NCBI GenBank assembly: GCA_963734935.1
Contig: CAVTIO010000009.1
Span: forward strand, 85,698 to 149,697
Length of the DNA: 64,000 nucleotides
Reading direction: 5' to 3'
Origin: an uncultured Chloroflexia bacterium
GTDB taxonomy: Bacteria; Chloroflexota; Limnocylindria; Limnocylindrales; CSP1-4
In this document: positions 38,815-50,407 of the stretch, in pieces
Layout: each line of letters opens with the position of its first letter
Position numbering within the stretch: the first letter of the stretch is position 1
Translations under genes and position numbers: made by a program
The notes under the pieces: generated by a model
The model's input: only the letters and a program-made list of their open reading frames with translations
What the model was told of the DNA's origin: nothing
Database searches by the model: none

Positions 38815-39609
38815 CTACTGCTGCAGCTTCGACTGCTCGATCTCTGGATCGTGGGGCGATCCGTCCCAGCGGCGTCGGAGCTCGTCCCATCGCAGTGCGA
38901 TGACCAGCACGAACGCTTCGATCACGATCCGGCGCGACATCTTCGAGGCGCCGAGGCGCCGATCGACGAACACGATCGGGACCTCCTGGATCCGGGCTCC
39001 AGCGCGGCTGGCTCGGTATGTCATCTCGATCTGGAACACGTACCCGCCGGCCCGCACCTCGCCACCGGTCAGTGCCGCCAGAGTGGTCGACCGCCAGGCC
39101 TTGAACCCGCCCGTCAGGTCGTGCGGCTGGAGGCCCAGCACGGTTCGGGCAAACAAGCTGCCTCCGCGGCTGATCACGCGCCGCGCCAGGCCCCAGTCCT
39201 CGACTCGTCCGCCGCGCGCATATCGCGACCCGAGCACGAGATCGGCGGCACCGGACTCGATGGGTGCAACGAGCCGTGGAAGGTCCTGGGGGTTGTGCGA
39301 GAAGTCGGCATCCATCTGAACGACGATGGTCGCGTTTGCATCGAGGGCGACCCTGAACCCGTGGCGATACGCCGGGCCGAGCCCTTCCTTCCGCGTGCGA
39401 TGCAGGACTCGAACGCGCGGGTCCTGCGCCGCGATCCCATCGGCTAGCTCACCCGTGCCATCCGGTGAGCCGTCGTCCACAACCAGCAGCGTCGCGCCAG
39501 GAAGCGCAGTCAGGATCGCCTCGGCAATGCGCGGAAGATTCTCGGCTTCGTTGTAGGTCGGCAGCACGACCCAAGTGCCGTCAGCTGCGGTGACCGCCGC
39601 CCTGTCCAT
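38815..39609 (-). CDS. Polyprenol-phosphate sugar synthase (GT2; Ppm1/GtrB/dolichol-phosphate mannosyltransferase-like)
   Basis: WVVLPTYNEAENLPRIAEAIL...LLVVDDGSPDGTGELA...VLHRTRKEGLGPAYRHGF...IVVQMDADFSHNP...GGFKAWR. A 29-nt gap separates it from the downstream GtrA-fusion gene on the same strand. Confidence 0.8.
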   Translation of the reverse strand: MDRAAVTAADGTWVVLPTYNEAENLPRIAEAILTALPGATLLVVDDGSPDGTGELADGIAAQDPRVRVLHRTRKEGLGPAYRHGFRVALDANATIVVQMDADFSHNPQDLPRLVAPIESGAADLVLGSRYARGGRVEDWGLARRVISRGGSLFARTVLGLQPHDLTGGFKAWRSTTLAALTGGEVRAGGYVFQIEMTYRASRAGARIQEVPIVFVDRRLGASKMSRRIVIEAFVLVIALRWDELRRRWDGSPHDPEIEQSKLQQ

Positions 39610-40438
39610 CGATCTCTGGTCCTCCCCTCAATGCGAGCACCCTGGACGGGTGTCGCCCCTTTGACCCCGGGCCCAGATCCCGATGCCGGGTACCTGAAGC
39701 CGCCGCCGGCCCTGCCGGCGTGCACCTGTACGTGAGCCGGCACCGCCTCCCGTTGCCCGGAGCCGGAATCACATCCGTGGGTAGCCGTCGGCTCGGAATG
39801 CCGGCCTCGCCGTGCCTTCCGTGTACCCCTCCCGGTCGATCCCGGTGTCGCCGATCGAACCAGCCCGCTGATGCCGGTCGCGCCCCTTTGGGCGCACATC
39901 CGTCGGGACGAATCCCGTGATAAGTGCCGGCTCCTCGCACCGAACGCCCTCCGCCCTCGGTGCTATGGAGACCCTGCTCGGACCTATGATTTGAGCCCCT
40001 GTCGGCGGATACCCGCCGGCCGACGCGCCCCGGAGTCTCATACCCCAAAGGTCCTGCGTCAAGGGGGGACTTATGGCAGGGTAGCGGGCCGCTCGGGTTG
40101 CGATGCGTGACCTCGCCTGGCCTCCCACGCGCCGGTTCTGGCCCATGTCTACGTTCACGGAGCGCATGGCAAGCACGACAGGACGCATCCTGGCGAAGTG
40201 ACTGTGGCAGGCACTGGACTAGATGGGAAGGTTGCGGGGTTTCAGCTCCGGGGGAGAAACCGTTGCCGCTGAGCACCATTGGACCGGTCCATGCGACCGT
40301 CGCCACCGCGTCTCAGCTCACGGTCGGCGTGACCCGCCCGGGGCCCATGTCGCGGTGGTTGACCATCGCCAGGATGGACTGACCTCTCCCGCCCGTGAGA
40401 CGATCGCCCTGGAACGGCATTGCAGGAGGAGGGTCAGG

Positions 40439-41440
40439 TTGGCAGCCACGGCCGCACCGGTTGGGCCTGCCGACGGCAGGCGGTTCTGGTCCGCCCTGCG
40501 GGCGGCGGTCGGGTCGGCCGTCGTGGTCGACGACGAGCCCCTCCGCCTCCTGGCGGTCGCGCTGCTGGCGCACGGCCACGCGCTGGTCGAAGATGTCCCG
40601 GGCGTCGGCAAGACGCTGCTGACCAGGGCGTTCAGCCGGGCCCTCGGGCTGACGTCGGCGCGCATCCAGGGCACGCCGGACGTGCTCCCGAGCGACATCC
40701 TCGGTTCGAGCCTGCTCGAGGCCGGTCGGTTTCGCTTTGTGCCCGGGCCGGTGTTCGCCAACATCCTGCTCGTCGACGAGATCAATCGGGCGACCCCGCG
40801 GACCCAGTCGGCGCTGCTCGAGGCGATGGAGGAGCAACAGGTCTCTATCGAGGGCGAGACGCGACCCCTGCCGGATCCGTTCCTGGTCCTTGCCACCCAG
40901 AACCCGATCGAGCTGGAGGGCACGTTCGCCCTCCCGGAGGCGCAGCTTGACCGGTTCCTCGTCAGGCTGCACCTCGGCTATCCGGACCGTGGTGAGGAGC
41001 GGCGCATCGCCAGCCGCTATCAGGCGTCGGCGGACCCGCTCGAGGCGGTGATGCCCGTGGCCGGGACGGAGACCGTGATCCAGATGCGCGAGCTGGTGCG
41101 CACCATCGCGGTCGCCGATCCGGTCGAGGAGTACGTCGTCGCGCTGACGCGGGCAACGCGCGAGCGGCCGGAGCTGCGCCTTGGCGCCAGCCCGCGCGCC
41201 AGCGTCGCGCTCTACCGTGCGGGCCAGGCGGCTGCCTTCCTGTCAGGGCGTGACTTCGTCCTGCCCGACGACGTGCAGTCGGTCGCGTCCGCCGTGCTCG
41301 GCCATCGAGTGCTGCTGGACTTCGATCGCGAGCTCCGCGGCATGACGACCGAGGCCGTCGTCGGCGATCTGCTCGCGACCGTCGAGGCGCCTCCGGCATC
41401 GGACCCGCAGCCCGCGGACGGAAGCCCGCCCGAGCGATGA
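40439..41440 (+). CDS. MoxR-family AAA+ ATPase
   Basis: GGAGGAGGG SD then TTG at 40439. LLAHGHALVEDVPGVGKTLLTRAFSRALGL...ANILLVDEINRATPRTQSALLEAMEEQQVS...FLVLATQNP. The longer ORF from 40223 has a non-homologous N-terminus. Confidence 0.8.
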   Translation: MAATAAPVGPADGRRFWSALRAAVGSAVVVDDEPLRLLAVALLAHGHALVEDVPGVGKTLLTRAFSRALGLTSARIQGTPDVLPSDILGSSLLEAGRFRFVPGPVFANILLVDEINRATPRTQSALLEAMEEQQVSIEGETRPLPDPFLVLATQNPIELEGTFALPEAQLDRFLVRLHLGYPDRGEERRIASRYQASADPLEAVMPVAGTETVIQMRELVRTIAVADPVEEYVVALTRATRERPELRLGASPRASVALYRAGQAAAFLSGRDFVLPDDVQSVASAVLGHRVLLDFDRELRGMTTEAVVGDLLATVEAPPASDPQPADGSPPER

Positions 41441-42666
41441 CGGGGATCGGCGCGGGCCTGCTGCTCATCGCGGCCGGCGCCGTCCTGGGCGCGGGGGGCC
41501 TTGTGGTGACCGGGGTCGTCGTCGGGCTCGTCTGGCTGCTGCGCGGGCTGTGGACACGGTTCGGCCTTCGGGCGCTCACCTACGAGCGTCAGCTCAGTGC
41601 CACGCGCACGGTTGTCGGCGACGACATCTCGCTGGAGCTGACCGTGCGCAACCGCAAGCTCCTGCCGATCCCGTGGCTGGCCGTCGACGACCTGCTCACC
41701 CGTCCGGCGACCGTGGCGGGCCATCACCTGGAGCCTGCCGACGTGCCCGGGTTCGGCTCCCTCCGCACCACCTGGACGGTCGGCTGGTTCGAGCGCGCGA
41801 CCCGCAAGCTGCGGATCGTCAGCGACCGGCGCGGCGTCTACGAGTTTCGCAGCGCACGTCTCCAGGTGGCCGACCTGTTTGCGCGGGAGCTCGTCAGCGA
41901 GGAGCGCGAGGCAACGGTTCGATACTGGGTCATCCCGCGAAGCGTGCCGGTCCGAACCTCCGCGGCCATGAGCCAGCTACCCGGCTCCGCGCGAGCACGG
42001 CGCGGCCTGTTCGAGGACCCGGCGCAGTACGCGGGGGTGCGCCCCTACCTCCCCGGGGACTCGTTGCGCCGGATCCACTGGAAGGCGACGGCCCGCCTCG
42101 GTCGGGCCGTGAGCCGTCGCCATGACCCGGGGCAGGAACGAGAGGTGGTGCTCGCGCTCGACGCCCAGACCATCCCCGGCCCCTTCTGGCAGATGCAGTA
42201 CGACGAGGAGCTGATCGAAGAGGTGTGCACCGCAGCGATGTCGCTCGCGCGCGCGACGATCGCTGACGGTGTCGCATGCGGCCTGGCCGCAAACGGCTAT
42301 TCGCTGGGGGGGCGGCGGGTGGTGCACCTGGCACCCAGCGCTGCGCCCGGCCAGGCGACACGCATCGCCGACGAGCTGGCCGCGCTGAGCCGGTGGGCGT
42401 CGATGCCGTTCGGAACGCTGCTCGGCCAGCTCGCTCGCCGCGTGCGGCCCGCCACGATCATCCTCGCCATCTCGACCCAGGCGCCGAACGCGTTCCTGCC
42501 GATCATGCGCCGCCTGTCGGCCTCGGGCCACCCGGTGCGGTTGTTGGCGCTCGGGCCCGAGGGCCCCGGCGCGATCGTATCCGCGCGTGCGATCGGGGTG
42601 CCGGCGGAGATCGCGCGGCTTGACCCTGACTGGAGGAGGGCCGATGCGCTCGACCTGGTCGGCTGA
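41437..42666 (+). CDS. DUF58-domain protein (MoxR-associated, vWA-like)
   Basis: ATGA overlap with the MoxR stop; N-terminal TM pair; YAGVRPYLPGDSLRRIHWKATARLG is the DUF58 hallmark. Confidence 0.7.
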   Translation: MTGIGAGLLLIAAGAVLGAGGLVVTGVVVGLVWLLRGLWTRFGLRALTYERQLSATRTVVGDDISLELTVRNRKLLPIPWLAVDDLLTRPATVAGHHLEPADVPGFGSLRTTWTVGWFERATRKLRIVSDRRGVYEFRSARLQVADLFARELVSEEREATVRYWVIPRSVPVRTSAAMSQLPGSARARRGLFEDPAQYAGVRPYLPGDSLRRIHWKATARLGRAVSRRHDPGQEREVVLALDAQTIPGPFWQMQYDEELIEEVCTAAMSLARATIADGVACGLAANGYSLGGRRVVHLAPSAAPGQATRIADELAALSRWASMPFGTLLGQLARRVRPATIILAISTQAPNAFLPIMRRLSASGHPVRLLALGPEGPGAIVSARAIGVPAEIARLDPDWRRADALDLVG

Positions 42667-44020
42667 CCGCGTGCTCCGCCTGCTGGCCACCGCCAGCCTG
42701 GAGGCGGCCTGGCTGACGCTCGCGTACCTGGTGCTCGAATGGCTGGCGGGTCGTGACCAGCTGGATCTCGGGATCGCGCAGCTTGGGGCGGCCGCGATCG
42801 TCGGGACGCTGCTCAGTCGTGCGCTGCACCGCCGGTCTCGATCCGCGTACGTGGGCGTGCTGCTCGGCGCCGCAGCGCTCGCGGGTGCGGTCGGGATCTG
42901 GCTGGCCGCCGCGCCCGCGTTGGCAGGCGCGGACAAGGCCGCGTCCCTCGTCGTCAACTCCGGAGGGTGGCTGCTGGGCGTCGCGGTCCTGCGCGGCAGC
43001 ACGCACGCGGACCTCGAAGGGGATGCAGGCCACGCCGAGCGCGTCCTGGACGCAGGCCTCATCGGGCTTGCGGCGTTCTGGATCTTCGCCAGTGCGTCGG
43101 GGCTGGCCACAACCGACCCGTTCGCCGTGACGGCATATGCGGCGACGCTGACCTTCGTGAGCGCGGGGCTCATCTCGCTGGGACTTGCCCGCCTGACCGA
43201 GCTGCGTGTTGAGGGCGTTGATCGGGCCGCCCGCTGGCGCTGGCTGATCCTGGTGGTCGCCGTCAGCGGCGCCGTGTTCGTGATCGGCGTTCCGCTCGCA
43301 GCTGTGCTCGGTGTCCCGGTCTCGGCGGCCCTGATCGGAGTCGCGGGACCGCTGGCCCCGGTGCTCTTCGTCATCGTCGCGCTGATCGCGATCCCCCTGG
43401 GCCTGATCGCCGAGCTGCTGCATCTCCTGCTCCCAGCCGCACCTGGTGCCCCGTTCCCGGACCTCGGTCCTGCGGCCAGCCCCGGGTTCGGACAGACACA
43501 GCCGGGTCAGGGAGCGGCCTCAGCGCCTGATGGCGGCTGGATGCTGTGGCCGCTGCTCGGTGGCCTGGCGGTGCTGCTCGCGATCGGGATCGGCATGCGG
43601 CTGCGTCGCCCGACGCTCGACGACGACCTCGTTGCGGAGGTGGAGATCCGCGAGTCCGAGCCGATCGGTGGCAGCCTGCTGATCGGAGGTCTGCCACGAC
43701 CGCGGATCCCATGGCGTCGTCCAGGTCGAACGGTGCCGCGCACCGCTCGGGACGCGTACCCGCTCGCGCTCACCCTCCTCGTCGGGCGCCCCGAGGAGCG
43801 GCGTGTGGGCGAGACCCCGCGCGATCACGCGCGCCGCGTCGCGTCCACGTCGCTCGGCCGCAGCGTCGGCCGGCTGGCCGTGGACTATCAGCTCATTGCC
43901 TTCGGGGGGCGTTCCGTGTCAGCGGCTGAGGAACGTCGTGCGCTGGAGCGATGGCGGCAGGTCGAACGTGCGAGTCGCAGGCCGCCGCCGGGCTCGGGGG
44001 ATCGGGACCGGTCGATCTGA
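42644..44020 (+). CDS. Membrane protein with C-terminal DUF4129-like domain (third gene of MoxR operon)
   Basis: GGAGGAGGG-ccg-ATG at 42644. Multiple TM helices. C-terminal RRPGRTVPRTARDAYPLALTLLVGRPEERRVGETPRDHARRVASTSLG...AEERRALERW matches the DUF4129 pattern. Confidence 0.55.
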   Translation: MRSTWSADRVLRLLATASLEAAWLTLAYLVLEWLAGRDQLDLGIAQLGAAAIVGTLLSRALHRRSRSAYVGVLLGAAALAGAVGIWLAAAPALAGADKAASLVVNSGGWLLGVAVLRGSTHADLEGDAGHAERVLDAGLIGLAAFWIFASASGLATTDPFAVTAYAATLTFVSAGLISLGLARLTELRVEGVDRAARWRWLILVVAVSGAVFVIGVPLAAVLGVPVSAALIGVAGPLAPVLFVIVALIAIPLGLIAELLHLLLPAAPGAPFPDLGPAASPGFGQTQPGQGAASAPDGGWMLWPLLGGLAVLLAIGIGMRLRRPTLDDDLVAEVEIRESEPIGGSLLIGGLPRPRIPWRRPGRTVPRTARDAYPLALTLLVGRPEERRVGETPRDHARRVASTSLGRSVGRLAVDYQLIAFGGRSVSAAEERRALERWRQVERASRRPPPGSGDRDRSI

Positions 44021-44126
44021 AGCGATCCGGCTTGTCTGCCGCGGGTCCGTGCCGCCCTCGACCGAACGGACTAGCCTTGTGAGGTACCCCCGCACCTCGG
44101 GTCTGTCCGCAGGGAGGTCCGCCCAC

Positions 44127-45343
44127 GTGTCGTCGCCCGGCAAGGTCGCGCTGTTCACGAACGAGTACCCGCCGCACGTCTATGGCGGGGCTGGCGTGCA
44201 TGTCGAGTACCTGAGCCGCGAGCTGGCGAAGCTGGTACCGGTGGAGGTCCGGTGCTTCGGTGACCAGGAGCTGGACGAGCCCAACCTGCGGGTTCGCGGC
44301 TATGGTCCGTGGAGAGCTGCCGCGGAAGACACGGACCCGCGGTTCAAGGGTGCCCTCGATGCTTTCCAGCGGGACCTTGCGATGGCCAAGGACACGCTCG
44401 ACGCGGACGTCGTGCATTGCCATACCTGGTATGCCGACATGGCCGGGTTCCTCGCCAAGCGCCTGTGGGGCGTGCCGTTGGTCCTGACCACTCACTCGCT
44501 CGAGCCGCTGCGCCCGTGGAAGGTGGAGCAGCTGGGCAATGCCTATCACCTCTCCTCGTGGATGGAGCGCACCACCATCCTCGACGCCGACGCGATCGTC
44601 GCGGTGTCCCAGGAGACCAAGGCCGACGTGCTGCGCTTCTTCCCCGTCGATCCCGCTCGCGTCCACGTTATCCACAACGGGATCGACCTCGACCAGTACC
44701 GGGCGGATCCCGCCACCGGCTATCTCGACCAGTACGGTATCGATCCCGACCGGCCCTATGTCCTGTTCGTGGGCCGGATCACCCGCCAGAAGGGGATCAT
44801 CCACCTCGTCAACGCAATCCCCGACATCGACCCCGCGCTCCAGATCGTCCTGTGCGCCGGTGCTCCGGACACGCCCGAGATCGGTGCCGAGATGACGCAG
44901 CGAGTGGGGGAGGTGAGCGCCGACCGTGATGGCGTGATCTGGGTTCGCGAGATGGTGCCGCGCGAGGCGGCCATCCAGCTCTACTCGCATGCCGCGGTGT
45001 TCTGCTGCCCGTCTGTGTACGAGCCGTTCGGGATCATCAACCTCGAGGCGATGGCGTGCGAGACGGCCGTCGTGGCCTCGGCCGTGGGCGGCATCCCGGA
45101 GGTGGTCGTGCCCGGCGAGACCGGGTTGCTGGTCGACCCCCGGATCCGAGAGGGCACCTGGGACCCCGTCGACCCGGCAGCGTTCTCGGCCGGGCTCGCG
45201 GCGGCGATCAACGAGGTCGGTCTGGACGAGGCGCGGCGCAGACGGATGGGGGAGGCCGGGCGGCGACGAGCCGAGGAGCGCTTCAGCTGGGCGGCGATCG
45301 CCCGCGAGACACTGGACCTGTACCGTTCGTTGCTCGGCGGGTG

Positions 45344-45344
<1 letters not shown>
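44127..45344 (+). CDS. glgM: GT4 glycosyltransferase, actinobacterial GlgA/GlgM type (alpha-maltose-1-phosphate synthase / glycogen synthase)
   Basis: AGGGAGG SD 9 nt before the GTG at 44127. VALFTNEYPPHVYGGAGVHVEYLSRELAKL...VVHCHTWYADMAGFLAKRLWGVPLVLTTHSLEPLRPWK...CCPSVYEPFGIINLEAMACETAVVASAVGGIPEVV. The stop overlaps the glgE start (ATGA). Confidence 0.75.
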
Positions 45345-47374
<2,030 letters not shown>

Positions 47375-47451
47375 GGCGGCCCCGCCAATCACCTGAGCCG
47401 GAGCCGGCCGCCCCGCCCCGGGACCCGCCTGATCGCGGAGGAGAACACGCA

Positions 47452-47985
47452 ATGACAGAGTCGCGGCATCGGTTCACGGGTCGGGTGCCCTCTGGGGTCG
47501 TCCCGACCGTTCCCGGACCCGGCCAGGAGTCCGTCTGGGACTATCCGCGCCCGCCTCGCGTTGAAGAGGTGGCCGATCGGATCCGGGTGCTCGTCGGCCC
47601 GCTCACCGTGGCCGATACGACCCGCGCCCTGCGAGTGCTCGAGACGGCCGGCGCGCCCGTGTACTACCTCCCGCGCGAGGACATTCGGTTGGATCTGCTT
47701 CGCCCATCGCCTTCGTCATCCCTGTGCGAGTGGAAGGGCGCGGCATCGTACTGGACGCTGGAGGCCGACGGCCGACGGATCGAGGACATCGCATGGTCGT
47801 ACGAGCGCCCCGCCGCGGGCTTCGAGGCTCTTCGCGGCATGCTGGCCTTCTATGCGGCCAAGGTCGACGAGGCGTGGGTCGGGTCCGAGCGCGCCAGGCC
47901 GCAGCCCGGCGGCTTCTACGGCGGGTGGCTGACCAGCCGCATCGTCGGCCCGGTCAAGGGCGACCCGGGCAGCTCCGGCTGGTAG
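47452..47985 (+). CDS. DUF427-domain protein
   Basis: GGAGGAG SD 8 nt before the ATG at 47452. ESVWDYPRPPRVEEV...RVLETAGAPVYYLPREDIRLDLL...GAASYWTLEADGRRIEDIAWSYERP are typical DUF427 repeats. Confidence 0.6.
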   Translation: MTESRHRFTGRVPSGVVPTVPGPGQESVWDYPRPPRVEEVADRIRVLVGPLTVADTTRALRVLETAGAPVYYLPREDIRLDLLRPSPSSSLCEWKGAASYWTLEADGRRIEDIAWSYERPAAGFEALRGMLAFYAAKVDEAWVGSERARPQPGGFYGGWLTSRIVGPVKGDPGSSGW

Positions 47986-47997
47986 CGGTTCGCGGCG

Positions 47998-48777
47998 CTA
48001 GTCGATCGTCGGGACGCCCATGATGTTGAAGCCGCCATCGACGTAGATGGTCTCGCCCGTGACCGCGCTCGACAGGTCTGAGGCCAGATAGACCGCCGTC
48101 CGCCCGCAGTCCTCGATCGTGATGTGTGACCGAAGCGGCGCGAGCTGGTCGAACGGCCCGTAGAGCTTCCGGAAGCCTGCGATCCCGCCCGCGGACAGGG
48201 TCCGGACCGGGCCCGCCGAGATCGCGTTCACGCGGACGCCCTCGGGGCCGAGGTCGGCGGCGAGGTAGCGGACCGATGCCTCCAGCGCCGCCTTGGCGAC
48301 GCCCATCACGTTGTAGTGGGTCACCACCTTCTCGGCACCGTAGTAGCTGAGGGTCATGATCGAGCTGCCGCGGTGGAGGAACGGCCGGGCCTCGCGGGCG
48401 AGGGCGACGAGCGAGTACGCGGACACGTCCATGGCGAGTGCGAAGCCATCGCGCGACGTGTCCACGAACGACCCGTCGAGGTCCTCTCGCTTCGCGAAGG
48501 CGATCGCGTGCACGAGGATGTCGACCTCGCCGTGCTGCTCGTGCCACTTGGCCAGCACGCTCCTGATCTCGTCGTCCGACGCGACGTCGCACGGCTCCAC
48601 GAACGTGCTGCCGATGGACGCCGCGAGCGGCCGGACGCGACGGTCGATCAGGCTCTCGACCGACGAGAAGCCAACGAGCGCCCCCTCGGCGTGGAGCGCC
48701 TTCGCGATCCCCCACGCGATCGAGTGGTCGTTGGCGACCCCGAACACGAGCGCCCTGCGCCCCTCGAGCAGACCCAT
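47998..48777 (-). CDS. fabI: Enoyl-[acyl-carrier-protein] reductase (NADH), FabI/InhA type
   Basis: MGLLEGRRALVFGVANDHSIAWGIAKALHAEGA...YYGAEKVVTHYNVMGVAKAALEASVRYLAADLGPEGVRVNAISAGPVRTLSA. Confidence 0.85.
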   Translation of the reverse strand: MGLLEGRRALVFGVANDHSIAWGIAKALHAEGALVGFSSVESLIDRRVRPLAASIGSTFVEPCDVASDDEIRSVLAKWHEQHGEVDILVHAIAFAKREDLDGSFVDTSRDGFALAMDVSAYSLVALAREARPFLHRGSSIMTLSYYGAEKVVTHYNVMGVAKAALEASVRYLAADLGPEGVRVNAISAGPVRTLSAGGIAGFRKLYGPFDQLAPLRSHITIEDCGRTAVYLASDLSSAVTGETIYVDGGFNIMGVPTID

Positions 48778-48803
48778 TCGCGACTCCTCCTCCGAGTACC
48801 CTT

Positions 48804-49682
48804 GTGCGCATGATGCCCGAGGGATCGGCGCCTGACACTGGCGTGCGTGCAGCGCTGCACGGTGTCCGTGGCCTCATCCTCGATGCCGACGGCGTGCTGG
48901 TGTCGAAGGGTCGGTCGTTGCCGGGGGCCGAGGAGTCGCTGCGGCGACTGGCTGCCATGGGCGTGCCGTACCGGATCGTGACCAACTTCTCGACCGCACA
49001 TCGCGACACCCTGGCCGCGCACTTCTCAACCGGCGGCCTGGTTGTCGACCCGACGCGCATCATCACGGCCGCGTCCGCGGCGGCCGGCTATACGGCGGAC
49101 GCGTATCCAGGGCGTCCGCTCCTGGTGCTCGCGGCACCGGACGCTGCCCGGGAGTGGGCGGGGCAACGGCTCGTGGCACCGGCCGAGGCTGACGATGACG
49201 ACGCCGGGGTGGCCGCGGTCGTGATCGGAGATGCCGGGGATGATCTGTCGTTCGCGAACCTGGACATCGCGTTTCGCGCAGTGCGTCGTGGTGCGGAGCT
49301 GGTGGCGATGCACCGAAACGCCTGGTGGTTCACGGCCCTTGGCCCGACGCTCGACTCGGGCGCCATCGTCGCGGGGCTCGAGTACGCGCTCGGCCAGCGG
49401 GCGAGGATCCTCGGCAAGCCGGCGCCGGGCGTCTTCCGGCAGGCTGCCACCGGGCTGGCCGCCGAGCTCGGGCTGCGACGGCTTCCAGCCCGCTCGATGG
49501 CCATGGTCGGCGATGATCTGCGCTCGGACCTTGCGCCCGCGCGACGCCTGGGCATGCGCACGGTGCTGACGCTCACCGGCAAGACGTCGCTGGACGGAAT
49601 CGCCGACGCGACCAGACTCGCCCGCTTCACTCCGGACGCGGTCGTCCCGTCGGTGGTCGAGGTGGTCGCCGCGCTGAGCTGA
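48804..49682 (+). CDS. HAD-superfamily hydrolase, subfamily IIA
   Basis: GLILDADGVLVSKGRSLPGAEESLRRLAAMGVPYRIVTNFS...ILGKPAP...MVGDDLRSDLAPARRLGMRTVLTLTG. Confidence 0.7.
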   Translation: MRMMPEGSAPDTGVRAALHGVRGLILDADGVLVSKGRSLPGAEESLRRLAAMGVPYRIVTNFSTAHRDTLAAHFSTGGLVVDPTRIITAASAAAGYTADAYPGRPLLVLAAPDAAREWAGQRLVAPAEADDDDAGVAAVVIGDAGDDLSFANLDIAFRAVRRGAELVAMHRNAWWFTALGPTLDSGAIVAGLEYALGQRARILGKPAPGVFRQAATGLAAELGLRRLPARSMAMVGDDLRSDLAPARRLGMRTVLTLTGKTSLDGIADATRLARFTPDAVVPSVVEVVAALS

Positions 49683-49752
49683 CGGTGGCCTCGAGAGGTG
49701 TGACGCCGGCAAGGTGGGCGAACCTGCGCACGCTGCGTGGCACACTCCGCGC

Positions 49753-50292
49753 ATGGAACAGAGAGCGCCCACGCTGACCGACGGCGTGATCAGCCTCCGA
49801 CGACCGGCCGACGCGGACGCCGCGCCGCTGTGCTCTGCCGTGCTCGCATCGCTGCCGGAGCTGACGCCGTTCATGCCCTGGGCCACCTCCGCCTTCGACG
49901 ACGCTGCGGCGCTCGACTGGATCCGTGGCGAGCGGGAGCCGGACGAGGTGCAGTACCTGATCGTGGGTGATGACGGCGAGGTTGCGGGCGGGTGCGGGCT
50001 CAACCTGTTCAATCAGGTCAATCGCTTCGCGAACCTGGGCTACTGGCTCCGCTCCGATCGCACCGGGCGGGGCTGGGCGACGCGCGCGACGGTGCTGCTT
50101 GCCCGCCACGGGCTCACCCGGCTCGGGCTCGAGCGCGTGGAGATCATGATGGCCATCGAGAACGAGGCCAGCCGTCGGGTCGCCGAGCGGGCGGGAGCGA
50201 CATTCGAGGGCACCCTGCGGCATCGGTTCCTGCTCCACGGCATGTACCACGACGCGTACCTGTACTCGCTGGTCAGGGCCGACCTCGCCTGA
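49753..50292 (+). CDS. GNAT-family N-acetyltransferase (RimJ/RimL-like)
   Basis: LRRPADADAAPL...GGCGLNLFNQVNRFANLGYWLRSDRTGRGWATRATVLLARHGLTRLGLERVEIMMAIENEASRRVAERAGATFEGTLR. Start at ATG 49753 (alternative 49714). Confidence 0.7.
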   Translation: MEQRAPTLTDGVISLRRPADADAAPLCSAVLASLPELTPFMPWATSAFDDAAALDWIRGEREPDEVQYLIVGDDGEVAGGCGLNLFNQVNRFANLGYWLRSDRTGRGWATRATVLLARHGLTRLGLERVEIMMAIENEASRRVAERAGATFEGTLRHRFLLHGMYHDAYLYSLVRADLA

Positions 50293-50407
50293 CTCATCGC
50301 CGGATCCGCACGTGGGCACCCGGAGGCGTGCGATGGTTTGGCGCCTGGGGTCGCTGTCACCCGCTGGCGTCTCCGCGCAGGCGGTTCAGTGAGCACGCGC
50401 CCGGCGG

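Noticed and set aside
40223-40438. 5' 72 codons of the MoxR ORF
   Set aside because: They show no similarity to MoxR N-termini and are Arg/His-rich. A TTG preceded by a GGAGGAGGG SD at 40439 gives a canonical about 334-aa MoxR.
45056-45343. First 96 codons of the ORF-track glgE ORF
   Set aside because: They overlap the 3' end of glgM in another frame. A GlgE-like N-terminus starts at the ATG at 45344, which overlaps the glgM stop.
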